A stretch of DNA of 64,000 bases from an uncultured Gemmataceae bacterium (GTDB lineage Bacteria; Planctomycetota; Planctomycetia; Gemmatales; Gemmataceae), in NCBI GenBank assembly GCA_963804745.1, contig CAWDRY010000012.1:30562-94561 (forward strand). The letters are read 5' to 3'. Positions within the stretch are counted from its first letter, which is position 1. Each line of letters begins with the position of its first letter. The position numbers and the translations under genes were made by a program. Below the pieces are notes generated by a model. It ran no database searches. It was not told where the DNA came from and saw nothing but the letters and a program-made list of their open reading frames with translations. Of the stretch, positions 41,294 to 51,601 are shown piece by piece.

Positions 41294-41412
41294 AGGGCAA
41301 TTTCCATGAAGACCGCGATGATATGATGGTGACCCCCGTCCGTGTCCGAGCCTGAAGCGTAAGCGAAGAGGGCAATTTCCATAAAGACCGCGATGATATG
41401 ATGGTGACCACT
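41294..41412. repeat. two 41-bp direct repeats (agggcaatttccatRaagaccgcgatgatatgatggtgacc) separated by 34-bp spacer resembling a MITE-core fragment; upstream of MFS gene
   Basis: read directly. Confidence 0.7.
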
Positions 41413-41819
41413 GAACTCTGGAGATTCTTGCTTGCCTACGCACTCACGGTGTTGATCGAAACGCCGATTCTGCTGATCGGTCTATCGGCCCGACACTCGC
41501 TCGCGCGGCGCTGTTCGCCGGCGTTTGGCTGAATGCCTGTTCTTATCCAATTGTCTGGCTGGTGCTGCCAACCCTGATAGACGCCAATGACTCGAGGGCC
41601 GTCTACCTGGCAGTTGCGGAAACCTTCGCGCCGGTGTCGGAATGCGCCCTGTTTTGGCTTGCCTTCGGTCAGCGCGATCAGTGGGGCCGCTGGTCGATGT
41701 GGCGCAACCTGTGTACAATCGTGCTGGCCAACCTGGCATCGTTCGGAGCAGGAGTAGTCCTGTACAGGTTTGAGTGGTTAAAATGAGCCTGGCGGCAATA
41801 GTGTTCGGCACAGTGCATG

Positions 41820-42050
41820 CTGGAATGCCACGGCCTTGAGCCGTGGAGGTTCACGTTGGTTTCTACATCGACAAGGCCCGTTTGCTGGGATGCCACGGCC
41901 TTGAGCCGTGGAGGTTCACGTTGGTTTCTATCTGTAGACGACCAACCTAACCATCCACGGGGCAAGCCCGTGGGATTCGATTCCTGGGGCGGGGAGGGTT
42001 GTAGAAACCAACCTAACCAACCACGGGGCAAGCCCGTGGGATTGAAGCAT
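41820..42050. promoter_or_regulatory. array of four hairpins (2x ccacggccttgagccgtgg units, 2x ccacggggcaagcccgtgg units) plus gttggtttctac/gtagaaaccaac inverted repeat in 5' region of oxidoreductase gene
   Basis: read directly. Confidence 0.6.
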
Positions 42051-42117
42051 TCTTCGTGCCGAACGCTATTGCACAAACTCTCGGTTTTTCCGTTCACAAT
42101 GCACAAAGGAGACATTC

Positions 42118-43523
42118 ATGGCGTTCAAGCAGTGGACTCGGCGTGATTTCCTCAAGGCAGGCACGGCTGCCCTTGCCGCCCCGGCCATCGTGCCGGCGCG
42201 CGTGCTGGGGCTGGACGGGGCTGCTCCGCCGAGCGAGACGGTACGCATCGGCGTCATCGGCTGCGGCGGCCGGGCCAGCTTCATCAAAGAGGGACGCGAT
42301 GTCAAAGCGTTCCGCGTCGTCGCGGCCTGTGACATTCAAATTGACAAGGCGGAGAAGTTCGCCAGGACCCATGCCGGCGGCGCGAAATGGGGCGTCTATG
42401 ACGATTTCCGCCAGATGATCGAGAAGGAAAAACTCGACGGGGTCATGGTCGAGACCCCCACGCATCCCCGAGCCTGGATCAGCATCCTGGCGATGCAGGC
42501 CGGCGCCGACGTGTACATTGAGAAACCCATGTGCTTGACCGTTGCGGAAGGTCGCGCAATCGTCAAGGCGGCCCGGAAACTCAAGCGCGTGACCCAGATT
42601 GGTACCCAGCAACGTTCCATGCCGATCAACAACTGGGCCAGCGACCTGATCAAGAACGGCGCCCTCGGCAAGATCAAGACAGTGCTGGCCCCGAACTTCG
42701 TCGGGCCGTTCCGCTGGACCAGGACCTCGGCAAAGGATGTCCAGACGCCGGTGGACCGCTGGTGGGACATCTGGCTCAACCAGACCGAGTTGCGTCCTTA
42801 CGATACGGCCCTGCACCGCGACTGGATGCGCTGGTGGGATTACGACGGCGGCGGGCTTACCTTCGGCGTGACCGGCTGGGGGGCCCATTCTTACGATCAG
42901 GTCAACCGGGCCTTGGGGACCGACAATACGGGTCCGGTGGCAGTGATCCTTGAAGAAAAAGTGGCGGAGCTCCCATCCGGCAAGTTCGATCGGATAATCA
43001 AGAAAGACGAACCGGTGATCGGCTTGACAGGAGACATCGATACCGGCATCAAGTACTTCGGCATGGCCAAACAGACGGGTCCGCGCGCCGCGTGACCATG
43101 AAGTTCGCCGGCGGGACGGAACTGAAGCTGCACCTGGACGCCGACAAGGGACCGGGCCTGGGCGCCGTCTTCATCGGCGCGAAGGGCACGATCGATATGA
43201 ACCGCGACTTGCTTGCGAGCGATCCCAAGGATATTGTACGTGTCAAGGACAACCCTGGTCCCAACACTCGGCCGGAATCCGCCTATCACCTGGAGAATTG
43301 GGTCCAGTGCATCAAGAGCCGCAAGACCTGCGCTGCGGATGTCGAGATCGGCCAGCGCGCCAATACTCTTTGTTGCCTGGTGAACATCGCCCGCGACCTC
43401 GGCCGCGTTGGCGAGGCCCTCCATTGGGACCCGGTAGCCGAGCGCTTCACCAACTGTGACGAGGGCAACAAGATGCTCACCCGCGACCGTCGCAAGGGCT
43501 ACGAACTGCCCGATGTCGGCTAA
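42118..43523 (+). CDS. Gfo/Idh/MocA-family NAD(P)-dependent oxidoreductase with twin-arginine signal; frameshift ~43085
   Basis: TAT motif TRRDFLKAG; Rossmann IGVIGCGGRA; EKP motif YIEKPM; C-terminal dimerisation domain continues in ORF 43092..43523. Confidence 0.8.
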
Positions 43524-43611
43524 AAACTGTGGAAAGAGTGAGTGGTGAGTGGTGAGTGGTGTGAGGGAAGGAAGGTTTGTGTGGGGCAGCAGAAGCGATG
43601 AGTGATGAGTA

Positions 43612-43712
43612 ACGGCACTGCTGGTTCTGGCGGCTGTGGCGGCGGTTGCCGCGATTGATAACATGGTAGCAATAGCCGCCAACGGCGGCTCTGGCGGTGC
43701 GTGGCATGAAGT
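43612..43712. repeat. ~100-bp direct repeat copy 1 containing 5' end of an IS200-like Y1 transposase gene (minus strand: MPRTARAAVGGYCYHVINRGNRR)
   Basis: shares ggcactgctggttctggcggctgtggcggcggttgccgcgattgata... with 44770..44872. Confidence 0.7.
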
Positions 43713-43833
43713 ATGCCTCAGGTCTGGGCTATTGGCATCGCCCGTGCAAACCTGAGCAGCTATACTGACTGAAGGCGAAGCACTCCACCCCCCAAGTATC
43801 GGTACACTCTAATTCTGCCAGGAGAGACACGCC

Positions 43834-44124
43834 ATGGCACCATTGCTTGAATTGACGCCTGGCCACGTGGATGAGCCGCAAGCAGCCCAGGAGTTCGCTG
43901 CTGTCCTCAGCCGCGTCGCCGCGGATCGAAAGCCAATCATTGTCCGCCGCGCGGGTGCCGACTTGGCAGCCGTCGTCCCGCTTGAATATTTGGAGTGGGT
44001 GCAGGACATGCTAGCACGCCAAGAAGCCGAACGGCTTGCTTCCCAACTCGATTGGGACCGGCTAGTGAAAGCCTCACCTCCGCCGCAAAGTTGGTTTGAC
44101 CGAGACGAGCCGAAACCGTTTTAG
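43834..44124 (+). CDS. Phd/YefM-family antitoxin
   Basis: KPIIVRRAGADLAAVVPLEYLEWVQDMLA. Confidence 0.7.
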   Translation: MAPLLELTPGHVDEPQAAQEFAAVLSRVAADRKPIIVRRAGADLAAVVPLEYLEWVQDMLARQEAERLASQLDWDRLVKASPPPQSWFDRDEPKPF

Positions 44125-44142
44125 CGGCCAGGGAAGACGGAC

Positions 44143-44545
44143 ATGAAGCCGGTGCAATTCGGCCAGATAATCTGGGCGGAAGTTGCCGAACGCCAACGGC
44201 GTTCGCAAGTTGCGGCCAGCCGTTATTGTCACGGCCAATGATCGAATCACCGCATCGGGGCAATTGGAAGTAGTTGCCGTCACCAGCCAGGTTCCTCAGC
44301 CGCTGCCAGCGGACCATGTATTGCTCCCCTGGGATCCGCGCGGCCATCCACGTACCGGCCTCAACCGGAAGTGTGCGGCCGTATGCAGTTGGCTAGCTCG
44401 AATCGTTCCCAGTGACATCCAGAGCGTGGCAGGGTGGGTACCTGGAACGATCTTGCTGGACATTATGTCCAGAGTCGTTCCGGCGCCAGCTACGCCAAGC
44501 CCATCCTCTCCACCGGATTCCGGGGCCGGGTCATCGGGAAGTTAG
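44143..44545 (+). CDS. MazF/PemK-family toxin (frameshift ~44185)
   Basis: MKPVQFGQIIWAEV then KLRPAVIVTANDRITASGQLEVVAVTSQ. Confidence 0.6.
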
Positions 44546-44769
44546 AGATGCGCCAAGCCCCTCCAGCAACGAGCGGAAAATTGATGTGACACCGATTCAT
44601 CCTTGCGCTGGCGGAGCAGTTCTGACGTGAAACTGAAGCGCTTCGACATCGGCGTTTACGTCCACGAGGCGAAGAAGGACAACACGGTGTGGTACGACGA
44701 CGTGATGCTCTCGACCTGCTACATTGGCCCGGATAAGGCAAAGTGACAAGGAAACAGGCATGCAAATGG

Positions 44770-44872
44770 CACTGCTGGTTCTGGCGGCTGTGGCCGGCGG
44801 TTGCCGCGATTGATAGTATGGCAGCAATAGCCGCTGACGGCGGCTCTGGCGGTGTGTGGCATGGGTTCATTG
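44770..44872. repeat. ~100-bp direct repeat copy 2 (Y1 transposase 5' remnant MPHTARAAVSGYCCHTINRGNRR on minus strand)
   Basis: as copy 1. Confidence 0.7.
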
Positions 44873-45305
44873 TGAGCGACGGCGCGGGGGAAGGCAAGAA
44901 GAATCAAGTACATTCCTATTGAAGCGGTGAATGGCTGTGGGAATACAGTGGCAAGCCGTCCCGAGCATCGATGGGGGCAGTTTATGTGGCAATGGATAAC
45001 AGTGGCGTGGGAAGGGGTCAAATCGCTTTTGGGAGGAAAGGGAACGCTGCAAGTTGGCTCGCGCAACAAGTCCATCTCCGGTGTTACTATCGGTGACCAT
45101 GCCGGAAATGTCATCCTAGGCGACATTATGATTTCTACGCCGCCGGTCCTGCCGCCTCCCCAGCCACAGCTTTCAGATTACGCAAAACAGATTCTTCTTG
45201 GTGGGGCAGACGATGCCAGAGGCACAATCTATTTTAACCATACACAATTTGGATACGATCTCCATGCAGGAAAGACCCAGATTCGGGATTGCTCAGATAA
45301 TCGCC

Positions 45306-46518
45306 TGGTGTCCTTCTCGTATTGCACGGTAAGGCAGTCGTTTTGTATAAACTGGGTCGCCTTGTAACCAACGCACATGCCACGGAGGGCAAAGCATGGA
45401 CAACCTGTCACGGTTTTGTTGCCTGGATCCGGAGTGTCCAGACTATGGCAAACGTGGAGCCGGCAACCTGAGTGTCTGCAATCGCTACGGGGCCAACAAA
45501 CAACATCGCATGCTTCGCTGTGCTACATGCAAGGCCCGATTTTGCGAGCGGAAAGGCACGCCGCTCTTCCGAGCATGCTTACCCCAAGAGAAGATTCTCT
45601 CGATCTTGGCCCATATTGACGAAGGCTGTGGCGTCCGCAAGACCGGTCGGTTGGTCGGAGTGAACAAGGATACCGTTGTCCGTTACAGCAAACTTGCCGG
45701 CGAGCACGCCAAAAACCTCCACGACGAACTCGTGGCTTTTTCCCCCTCAGACGCGGGAGGTGCAGTTCGACGAAAAATGGGCGTTCGTCGGCAAGAAAGA
45801 GAAGAACTGCGACCCTGCCGATCCCGCTGATGACCGGCAGGGGGATAACTGGGACCATGTGGCTTTCGACCCCGAACACCGCTTGGTCGTGAGTGTTGTG
45901 CCAGGAGAACGCATCTCGGAGAATACCCAGGAAGTGGTGCAAGACTTCAAGAAGCGTACCGAAGGCCGGATTCCGAATCTCATCACCACGGACGAATATG
46001 CTGCTTACAAGACGGCCATCCTGGAGGCGTATGGGGAAGAGGTCATCCCCGAGCGGACTGGAAAACCGGGACGGCCCAAGGCGCCGTACCAGGTGCCGCT
46101 GGCCGACTTGAAGTATGCCACCGTGCATAAGACCCGGAAAAAAGGCCGGGTTGTGAAGATCGACCATCGAGTGGTGTTCGGGACGTTCGTGGCCGTAATG
46201 GCCGCGCTGGCATTGTCGAAGGCAAGCCGAGCGATCAACACAGCGTTCGTGGAACGGCACAACGGGACTGACCGGAACCGCAATGCTCGAAAGGTGCGGA
46301 AGACCTACTGCTTCTCCAAGGATTGGGACGTGCATCAGGCGGTGACCTATTTCACGATGTACAGCTACAACTTCTGCTGGCCGGTGCGAACCCTGCGTCA
46401 GCGTGACAGCGAAGGAGGATGGCAGGAGCGGACGCCAGCAATGGCCGCGGGTCTGGCCGATCATGTCTGGACCCTCACCGAATGGCTGACATTCCCAGCT
46501 TTGCAACGCGAATAGGAC
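45306..46518 (+). mobile_element. IS1-family insertion sequence (~1.2 kb)
   Basis: IRs ggtgtccttctcgtattgca (45306-) vs rc of tgcaacgcgaataggacacc (-46518); stop codon of orfB inside right IR as in IS1. Confidence 0.65.
45396..46515 (+). CDS. IS1-family transposase, InsA-like zinc-finger/HTH part (45396..45830) and InsB-like DDE part (45676..46515) in +1-offset frames
   Basis: CCLDPECPDYGKRG...CATCKARF; FDEKWAFVGKKEKN, ITTDEYAAYKTAI, AFVERHNGTDRNRNARKVRKTYCFSKDWDVH. Confidence 0.7.
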
Positions 46519-46847
46519 ACCAGGGATAATCGCAAAGTTGCTGAAATAAGGGCTGCCCTTCAAGAATTGCAGGACGTGGGGGCGATCGAAGTCTATGGAA
46601 ACGTCGGTTACAAGATCACTGATTCCGGATATAGACTCGCCACTGCCCTAAAGTTGTCAAGCAATTCTCAGCTCTGATCCTCTCGCATCATCGACATTTT
46701 GCGGTATTTTCGGCGGCGGGGTCAGAACTATGAAGAAAGGCGAAAAAAACGCAGGCCGCTGCCCGCGGTGCGATGGCCGAATTAAGTCGCCACTGAGTTC
46801 AGCTAATCTGTCGCGAGAAGCGAACCACGCCCCGTATTTCGGCCTCC

Positions 46848-47339
46848 TTGGTACTGTCACGGAGCATGAACATGTTTAGACCACACATTCCCAACCCTCA
46901 AGTGGTCGGCAACGTCGGCCTGTATTATGTTTGCTTCAAACTGTCGCTCAATGGCTGGAACGTCATGCCAACGTCGCGAAATGCGCCGGGCATTGATATC
47001 CTAATCTACAGCCAAGACGCGTCTCGAAAGCAGACAATCCAAGTTAAGGCGCGGAGGAAGGAGACTGATATCGATTTGGGAGACAATCAGACTTTCTTGT
47101 TTGATTTTCTAGTTGTCTGTCCGAACGTGATGACCGAGGAAGCCCCAAGATGTTTTGTACTGACCGAGGAGGAAGTCCGGCGGCTGTGTCGGCGCAAAAA
47201 GGATGGCAAATTCTGGTTGCGAGCGCGTGACTATAGGACCGATGGGTTTCGCGAGAACTGGGAGTTGATTGGATCGGGCCTCACTCCTCTCGCACCCTCA
47301 TCACGACCGCAGGCCGGGCCGATCACGTTGGGAAGGTGA
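46848..47339 (+). CDS. small Mrr-like restriction-endonuclease-fold protein
   Basis: GNVGLYYVCFKLSLNGWNV...APGIDILIYS...KQTIQVKARR (GxE...G(I/V)DI...QxK Mrr_cat-like). Confidence 0.45.
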   Translation: MVLSRSMNMFRPHIPNPQVVGNVGLYYVCFKLSLNGWNVMPTSRNAPGIDILIYSQDASRKQTIQVKARRKETDIDLGDNQTFLFDFLVVCPNVMTEEAPRCFVLTEEEVRRLCRRKKDGKFWLRARDYRTDGFRENWELIGSGLTPLAPSSRPQAGPITLGR

Positions 47340-47805
47340 CAGGTCGGGCCTCACTCCTCTCGCACCCTTAGTGCCGCTATTTGCCGCCGCGAATTCGGCC
47401 AACTAACTGGCAACCGCAACCATTGCAGCCTCCGAAGGCGGTTCGCCATGGCTTGTCGTGAGTTCGACGAGCAGGTCACCCAGCCGTGTCGGACCCGTTC
47501 CGGCCAGTGCCAACGGTCGAACAGATAGGCTCCAGCGGCAATGGGGACGGACTTGATATTAAAATCTCTGAGAATATGAAGTTCGTTCCCGTCGCCTTCC
47601 ATTGCCGCCAATGACCATACTGTAATAAGATGGACCAGAAGTAGGGAGGATCGTTCATGGTTCGCATTGTTCTTCATTCGCGCGTAGGCTCGTGGGGGGC
47701 CAAAGGGGACATTCCTCAATTCAAAAGTGGCCCAGCGTATCACGAACCGTAATGTATCAGCAACGTCATCTGCTCCGATCCCATTAGCGAAAAGCGAGGC
47801 ACCAC

Positions 47806-48021
47806 ATGAAAGTTGCGACCTTCCAGGGAATCATCGAAAACGGTCAAATCCGCTTGGCAGCTGGCGTGCGCCTGCCAGAGAAGGCAACAGTATACGTGGT
47901 CATCCCTGATGCGGACATTCCCGAGATAGCTCACATGAGCAGCCCAAGGCTCGCGCATCCAGAGCAAGCTGCGGACTTCAAGAAAGAAGTTGTTGAGGAG
48001 AATGCTGATGTCAGCCTATGA
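47806..48021 (+). CDS. DUF104-like small antitoxin-like protein
   Basis: MKVATFQGIIENGQIRLAAGVRLPEKATVYVVI. Confidence 0.4.
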   Translation: MKVATFQGIIENGQIRLAAGVRLPEKATVYVVIPDADIPEIAHMSSPRLAHPEQAADFKKEVVEENADVSL

Positions 48022-48398
48022 CGATGGCCGTTTCAACCCGCCTGCGCCACTGGCTAGAGTGACTCTTCGCCATCCAGAGAAGGGTAACACACTTCCTGAC
48101 GTGCCGCTGTTGATCGACTCGGGCGCCGATGTTACCTTGATTCCGCTCGTTTCTGCTAACCTGCTTGGCGTGACCGTCAATATGGGACAAGGTTATGAGT
48201 TGATGGGGTTTGATGGCAGCAGGAGTGTCGCGCGCCGTGCAACTCGATCTCCTCTTCCTGCGGCGAGCTTTCAAAGGGCGTTTTCTGCTCATCGACCAGG
48301 AATGGGGCGTCATGGGTCGCGATATTCTCAATCATCTGGCAATGTTGCTGCATGGCCCGCAACTGACCTGGAGCGAGCACCTGGATACTGAGAATTAG
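47990..48398 (+). CDS. retropepsin-like (clan AA) aspartic protease; frameshift ~48215
   Basis: PLLIDSGADVTLIP (D-S/T-G-A), downstream GRDILNHL in shifted frame. Confidence 0.5.
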
Positions 48399-48433
48399 TC
48401 AATCAAGGCCTGCAATCTGTCAAGGAGCTTTCC

Positions 48434-49222
48434 ATGCCTTCTCCGTTTCCCGGGATGGATCCTTACATTGAGAGAGCTGAGATCTGGCCCGATTTCCATG
48501 ATCGGCTCATCACGCACCTGTGCGGGGCACTCAACCCGCTCTTGCGACCGCGCTATGTGGCGTTGACCCAGGATCGTTTGTACGTGGTGGAATCGGAACG
48601 GCCCATTTGGCCCGATGTATCTCTCATTCGCACCTCGGTGCCGCAAGCCTCCACCGCCACTGCCTTACTCGAACCTGATGCGCCGGCAGTATTCGAGTTA
48701 TGGCGCGAAGAAATCCGCCAGCCGCTGATCCACATCCTGGAACCAGCCGCGGGCAACCGCATCGTGACGGCCATTGAGGTGCTTAGCCCCGACAACAAGG
48801 CGCCGGGGCCGGGCCGGGTGGCCTACATGAAAAAGCGTGAGGAATTCTGGGGCAGCGGTACGAACCTGATGGAAATCGACTTGCTGCGCGACGGCGAACT
48901 AACCGTGCGCGTTTCCGCTGAGAAGCTGGCGGGGTTGCGTCCCTGGCACTATCTGGTTGCCGTGACACGCCGCTGGCCTTCTCGCCAAGAAGTTTATGCC
49001 GTTCTTCTTCGACGCCGCCTGCCGTGTGTTGCGGTCCCTCTCGCCGAGAATGACCGCGACGTGCCACTCGATCTTCAGGCCGTGTTCACGCGCTGCTGGG
49101 AAGAAGGTCCTTACCCGGAACTGCTCCGCTACGACGGTCCGCCACCCAGTCCCCTGGCTGCTGATGAAGTGAGCTGGTGCGAAGAGCTGTTACATGCCGC
49201 CGGCTTACGGCCGTCAGCATAG
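48434..49222 (+). CDS. DUF4058-family protein (Uma2-like restriction-endonuclease fold)
   Basis: N-terminal PFPGMDPYIE...WPDFH; IVTAIEVLSPDNK...Y..KREEF..G.NLMEIDLL resembles Uma2 E-V-L-S-P-x-N-K core. Confidence 0.6.
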   Translation: MPSPFPGMDPYIERAEIWPDFHDRLITHLCGALNPLLRPRYVALTQDRLYVVESERPIWPDVSLIRTSVPQASTATALLEPDAPAVFELWREEIRQPLIHILEPAAGNRIVTAIEVLSPDNKAPGPGRVAYMKKREEFWGSGTNLMEIDLLRDGELTVRVSAEKLAGLRPWHYLVAVTRRWPSRQEVYAVLLRRRLPCVAVPLAENDRDVPLDLQAVFTRCWEEGPYPELLRYDGPPPSPLAADEVSWCEELLHAAGLRPSA

Positions 49223-49488
49223 CGATGGTTGATACATCGGTTCATGCGGGACCCATGACGAGTGTGTATGTGTGCATTGCGATTGTCAAGAAAAAAATAC
49301 CGAGGTTGCTTGACAGGGCTGGTGGGCAATGCTTGAATGATTGCGAACTGAGTGCCAACATCCGGTGATACGATGCCGGCACCGTGTCACGGTGCCGGCG
49401 CTGGGTGATATGGTCCTGGCAACTTACATATGGTGCCGGCGCCGGTTGGTATACTCACCAGTCAGGCCCTCGACAAGAGGAACAAGTC

Positions 49489-50280
49489 ATGACCCTTCCT
49501 GCCCCTGAACAGTTGCTGGCAAGCGCCGCTCGCTACCTGCTTGACGGTAAGGAGTATGACGCGGCGAGTCTCTTGGTCGCTTGTTCCCTGACGGTCGAAT
49601 CGGTCCTGCAGCACCAGAATGACTACCGCTCGGCTAAAGTGTCAATCCGTTGCCCCCGTACTCTTTGCGATATGGCGTTGGCCGTTGAGGCTTATTGGGA
49701 CAACATGGCGTGCGGCTACGAAGAGGCTGAGAAGGCGGTGATTGATTCCACCACCAAGACTCTTCGGCGCATCGAGACGGCAATCAAAGTTGTGATGCCT
49801 TCGACGATCAACGAGGTGGCGGTCAGCTTTCGCGCACAGTTGGTGGAACTGGATGAAGACTGGCGAAGAGAGCTAGCGGAGATCGCCCGCGGCAAGAGTG
49901 TACATAATCAGGCTACCGAAGCAGAGCGAGTGCTTATCTGGGCTAATCACCGGTTTCGCTCGCAGGCTGAGATCCGAATTGCCCAAGCTCTCGAAAAAGA
50001 AAAAATTCTGTTCTTTCCCAATTGCAAGGCTCGTCTGGGTTTTTCGTTGCGCGAGAACCGCGAGCCCGATTTCCTTGTTTGTTTCAAAGGCAAATGGGGA
50101 ATCCTCGAAGTAGATGGAGAGTTATTTCATCCGCCTTCCCGCACAGTAGAGGATCACGAGCGAGATCGGCTGTTTCAGGCTCATGGCATCAAGCTGGTTC
50201 AGCATTTTGATGCCGGTGAATGCTTCGAGAATGCTGGTGGTATTGTCAAGAAGTTCCTGTTTTTGCTGGAGCGGTCGTAG
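49489..50280 (+). CDS. hypothetical protein with C-terminal DUF559 / Vsr-like endonuclease domain
   Basis: REPDFLVCFKGKWGILEVDGELFHP...EDHERDRLFQAHGIKLVQHFDAGECFENAGGIV matches PDF...IExDG..H....D..RD..L...G..V.RF. Confidence 0.6.
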   Translation: MTLPAPEQLLASAARYLLDGKEYDAASLLVACSLTVESVLQHQNDYRSAKVSIRCPRTLCDMALAVEAYWDNMACGYEEAEKAVIDSTTKTLRRIETAIKVVMPSTINEVAVSFRAQLVELDEDWRRELAEIARGKSVHNQATEAERVLIWANHRFRSQAEIRIAQALEKEKILFFPNCKARLGFSLRENREPDFLVCFKGKWGILEVDGELFHPPSRTVEDHERDRLFQAHGIKLVQHFDAGECFENAGGIVKKFLFLLERS

Positions 50281-50330
50281 GTGCCTAACTAACAATGCCG
50301 TTGCTGTAGGCCCGTCCACGGGGGTGCTTT

Positions 50331-51182
50331 TTGTTCAAGAGGCTATTGACCACTCCGGAGGATGCGACATACGACCGGCTTCGCGAAACGTGCCGGCGCA
50401 ACTCGTCGGAAGTTTTCGCCAAGGTTCGCCTGGCGGATGTGCTGCCAATCGAGAGCAGTGGTATAGCCAACGACTTATTTCGGTTTGCCTTGCAGTCGCA
50501 CTTCGATTTTGTGATTGCGGATTTGTGTCACCTGCCACTCTTCGGGGTAGAATTCGATGGCCCTTCCCACGCTCAGGAGCCGCAAGTATTTCGAGACTCA
50601 AAGAAGAAACTGCTTTGCGAGCGGTTTCAGTTTCCTTTACTTCGAGTCAACGCAGCATACCTCAATCGGAGCTATCGCAATTTAGACTTGCTCACTTGGT
50701 TCGTGGAGACTTGGTTTTGCGCGAAGGGGTTCGAGGAAGCCCAACGAACAGGCCAGATTCCCTTGGACGAACCTTTCGATCCCTGCACGTTTCTATCTAT
50801 TCCGGGCTTACAGGGTCATTTTCCACTGTGGCTATCATCCGAACCCATGATGAAACTTCGCCAACTCGCAGAAGCCGGCAAGTGCGAAGACGCCGTGCCT
50901 GACTTTGTCATCGGTATCGACAACGATGGTATCTATCGAGGCGTCGAACACCTCCGTGTCAACAAAGAAGCTGCCATCATCACCTACACAGCCATGCGTA
51001 GCCAATACTTCCCTGTTTCAGAGGTGGACGCTATTCATGAGATTCTGCCCTTTCAAACCCACCAACTTCTTTTGGATGTACTTAACGGGGACGAACGCCC
51101 TCGGCCGGTTGCTGAGGTTAAGGCAGCGGCACAAGGGTTTTCTAAGTATGTTCGCCCGATACTCTCCGGGTCCAGTGGGTAG
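50331..51182 (+). CDS. hypothetical protein with N-terminal DUF2726 (NERD/REase-like) domain and unknown C-terminal domain
   Basis: SHFDFVIADLCHLPLFGVEFDGPSHAQEPQVFRDSKKKLLCERFQFPLLRV. Confidence 0.6.
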   Translation: MFKRLLTTPEDATYDRLRETCRRNSSEVFAKVRLADVLPIESSGIANDLFRFALQSHFDFVIADLCHLPLFGVEFDGPSHAQEPQVFRDSKKKLLCERFQFPLLRVNAAYLNRSYRNLDLLTWFVETWFCAKGFEEAQRTGQIPLDEPFDPCTFLSIPGLQGHFPLWLSSEPMMKLRQLAEAGKCEDAVPDFVIGIDNDGIYRGVEHLRVNKEAAIITYTAMRSQYFPVSEVDAIHEILPFQTHQLLLDVLNGDERPRPVAEVKAAAQGFSKYVRPILSGSSG

Positions 51183-51239
51183 GCCGGGCCTAACTTGCGT
51201 ATCGAGTAACTCCTGACTCTCAAATCGGAGGAGACCAAA

Positions 51240-51542
51240 ATGGCGACAACAGCGAAACAAAAGATAAGAAAGGGAATCATCGCCACGGCCCAACAAATAC
51301 TGGACTTCGCCCAGAAACGCGCTCCCGAAGTGGCCGACTGGCTGGAGTTACATTTTGCTCTCTTCGGTGCAGGCGGCAAGGCTGATAAGCTGTTTCCGAC
51401 AGAGGCCGAGCGAGCAGCGTTCTTGCGAACCACAGAATACAAGCAGCTTCTGGCGTTGATGGACCGCCTGCCTGCTTCGGGTCTGGTGTTGGGCAAGGTT
51501 GACAACCCCCATCCGATTCTGTCACAATCGCAATGTTCCTGA
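51240..51542 (+). CDS. hypothetical 100-aa protein
   Basis: ORF with plausible RBS (ggaggagaccaaaatg); no motif recognised. Confidence 0.35.
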   Translation: MATTAKQKIRKGIIATAQQILDFAQKRAPEVADWLELHFALFGAGGKADKLFPTEAERAAFLRTTEYKQLLALMDRLPASGLVLGKVDNPHPILSQSQCS

Positions 51543-51601
51543 ATCGCAAGTGAAAGCGCAACGAAGATGGAGAAATGCCCGTCCCAGGCGAGGAATCAGC
51601 C

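Noticed and set aside
41940-41990. tRNA-like T-arm sequence gggattcgattcc
   Set aside because: No acceptor stem, D-arm or anticodon arm can be built around it. The second copy of the unit lacks the motif, so it is part of the hairpin repeat array.
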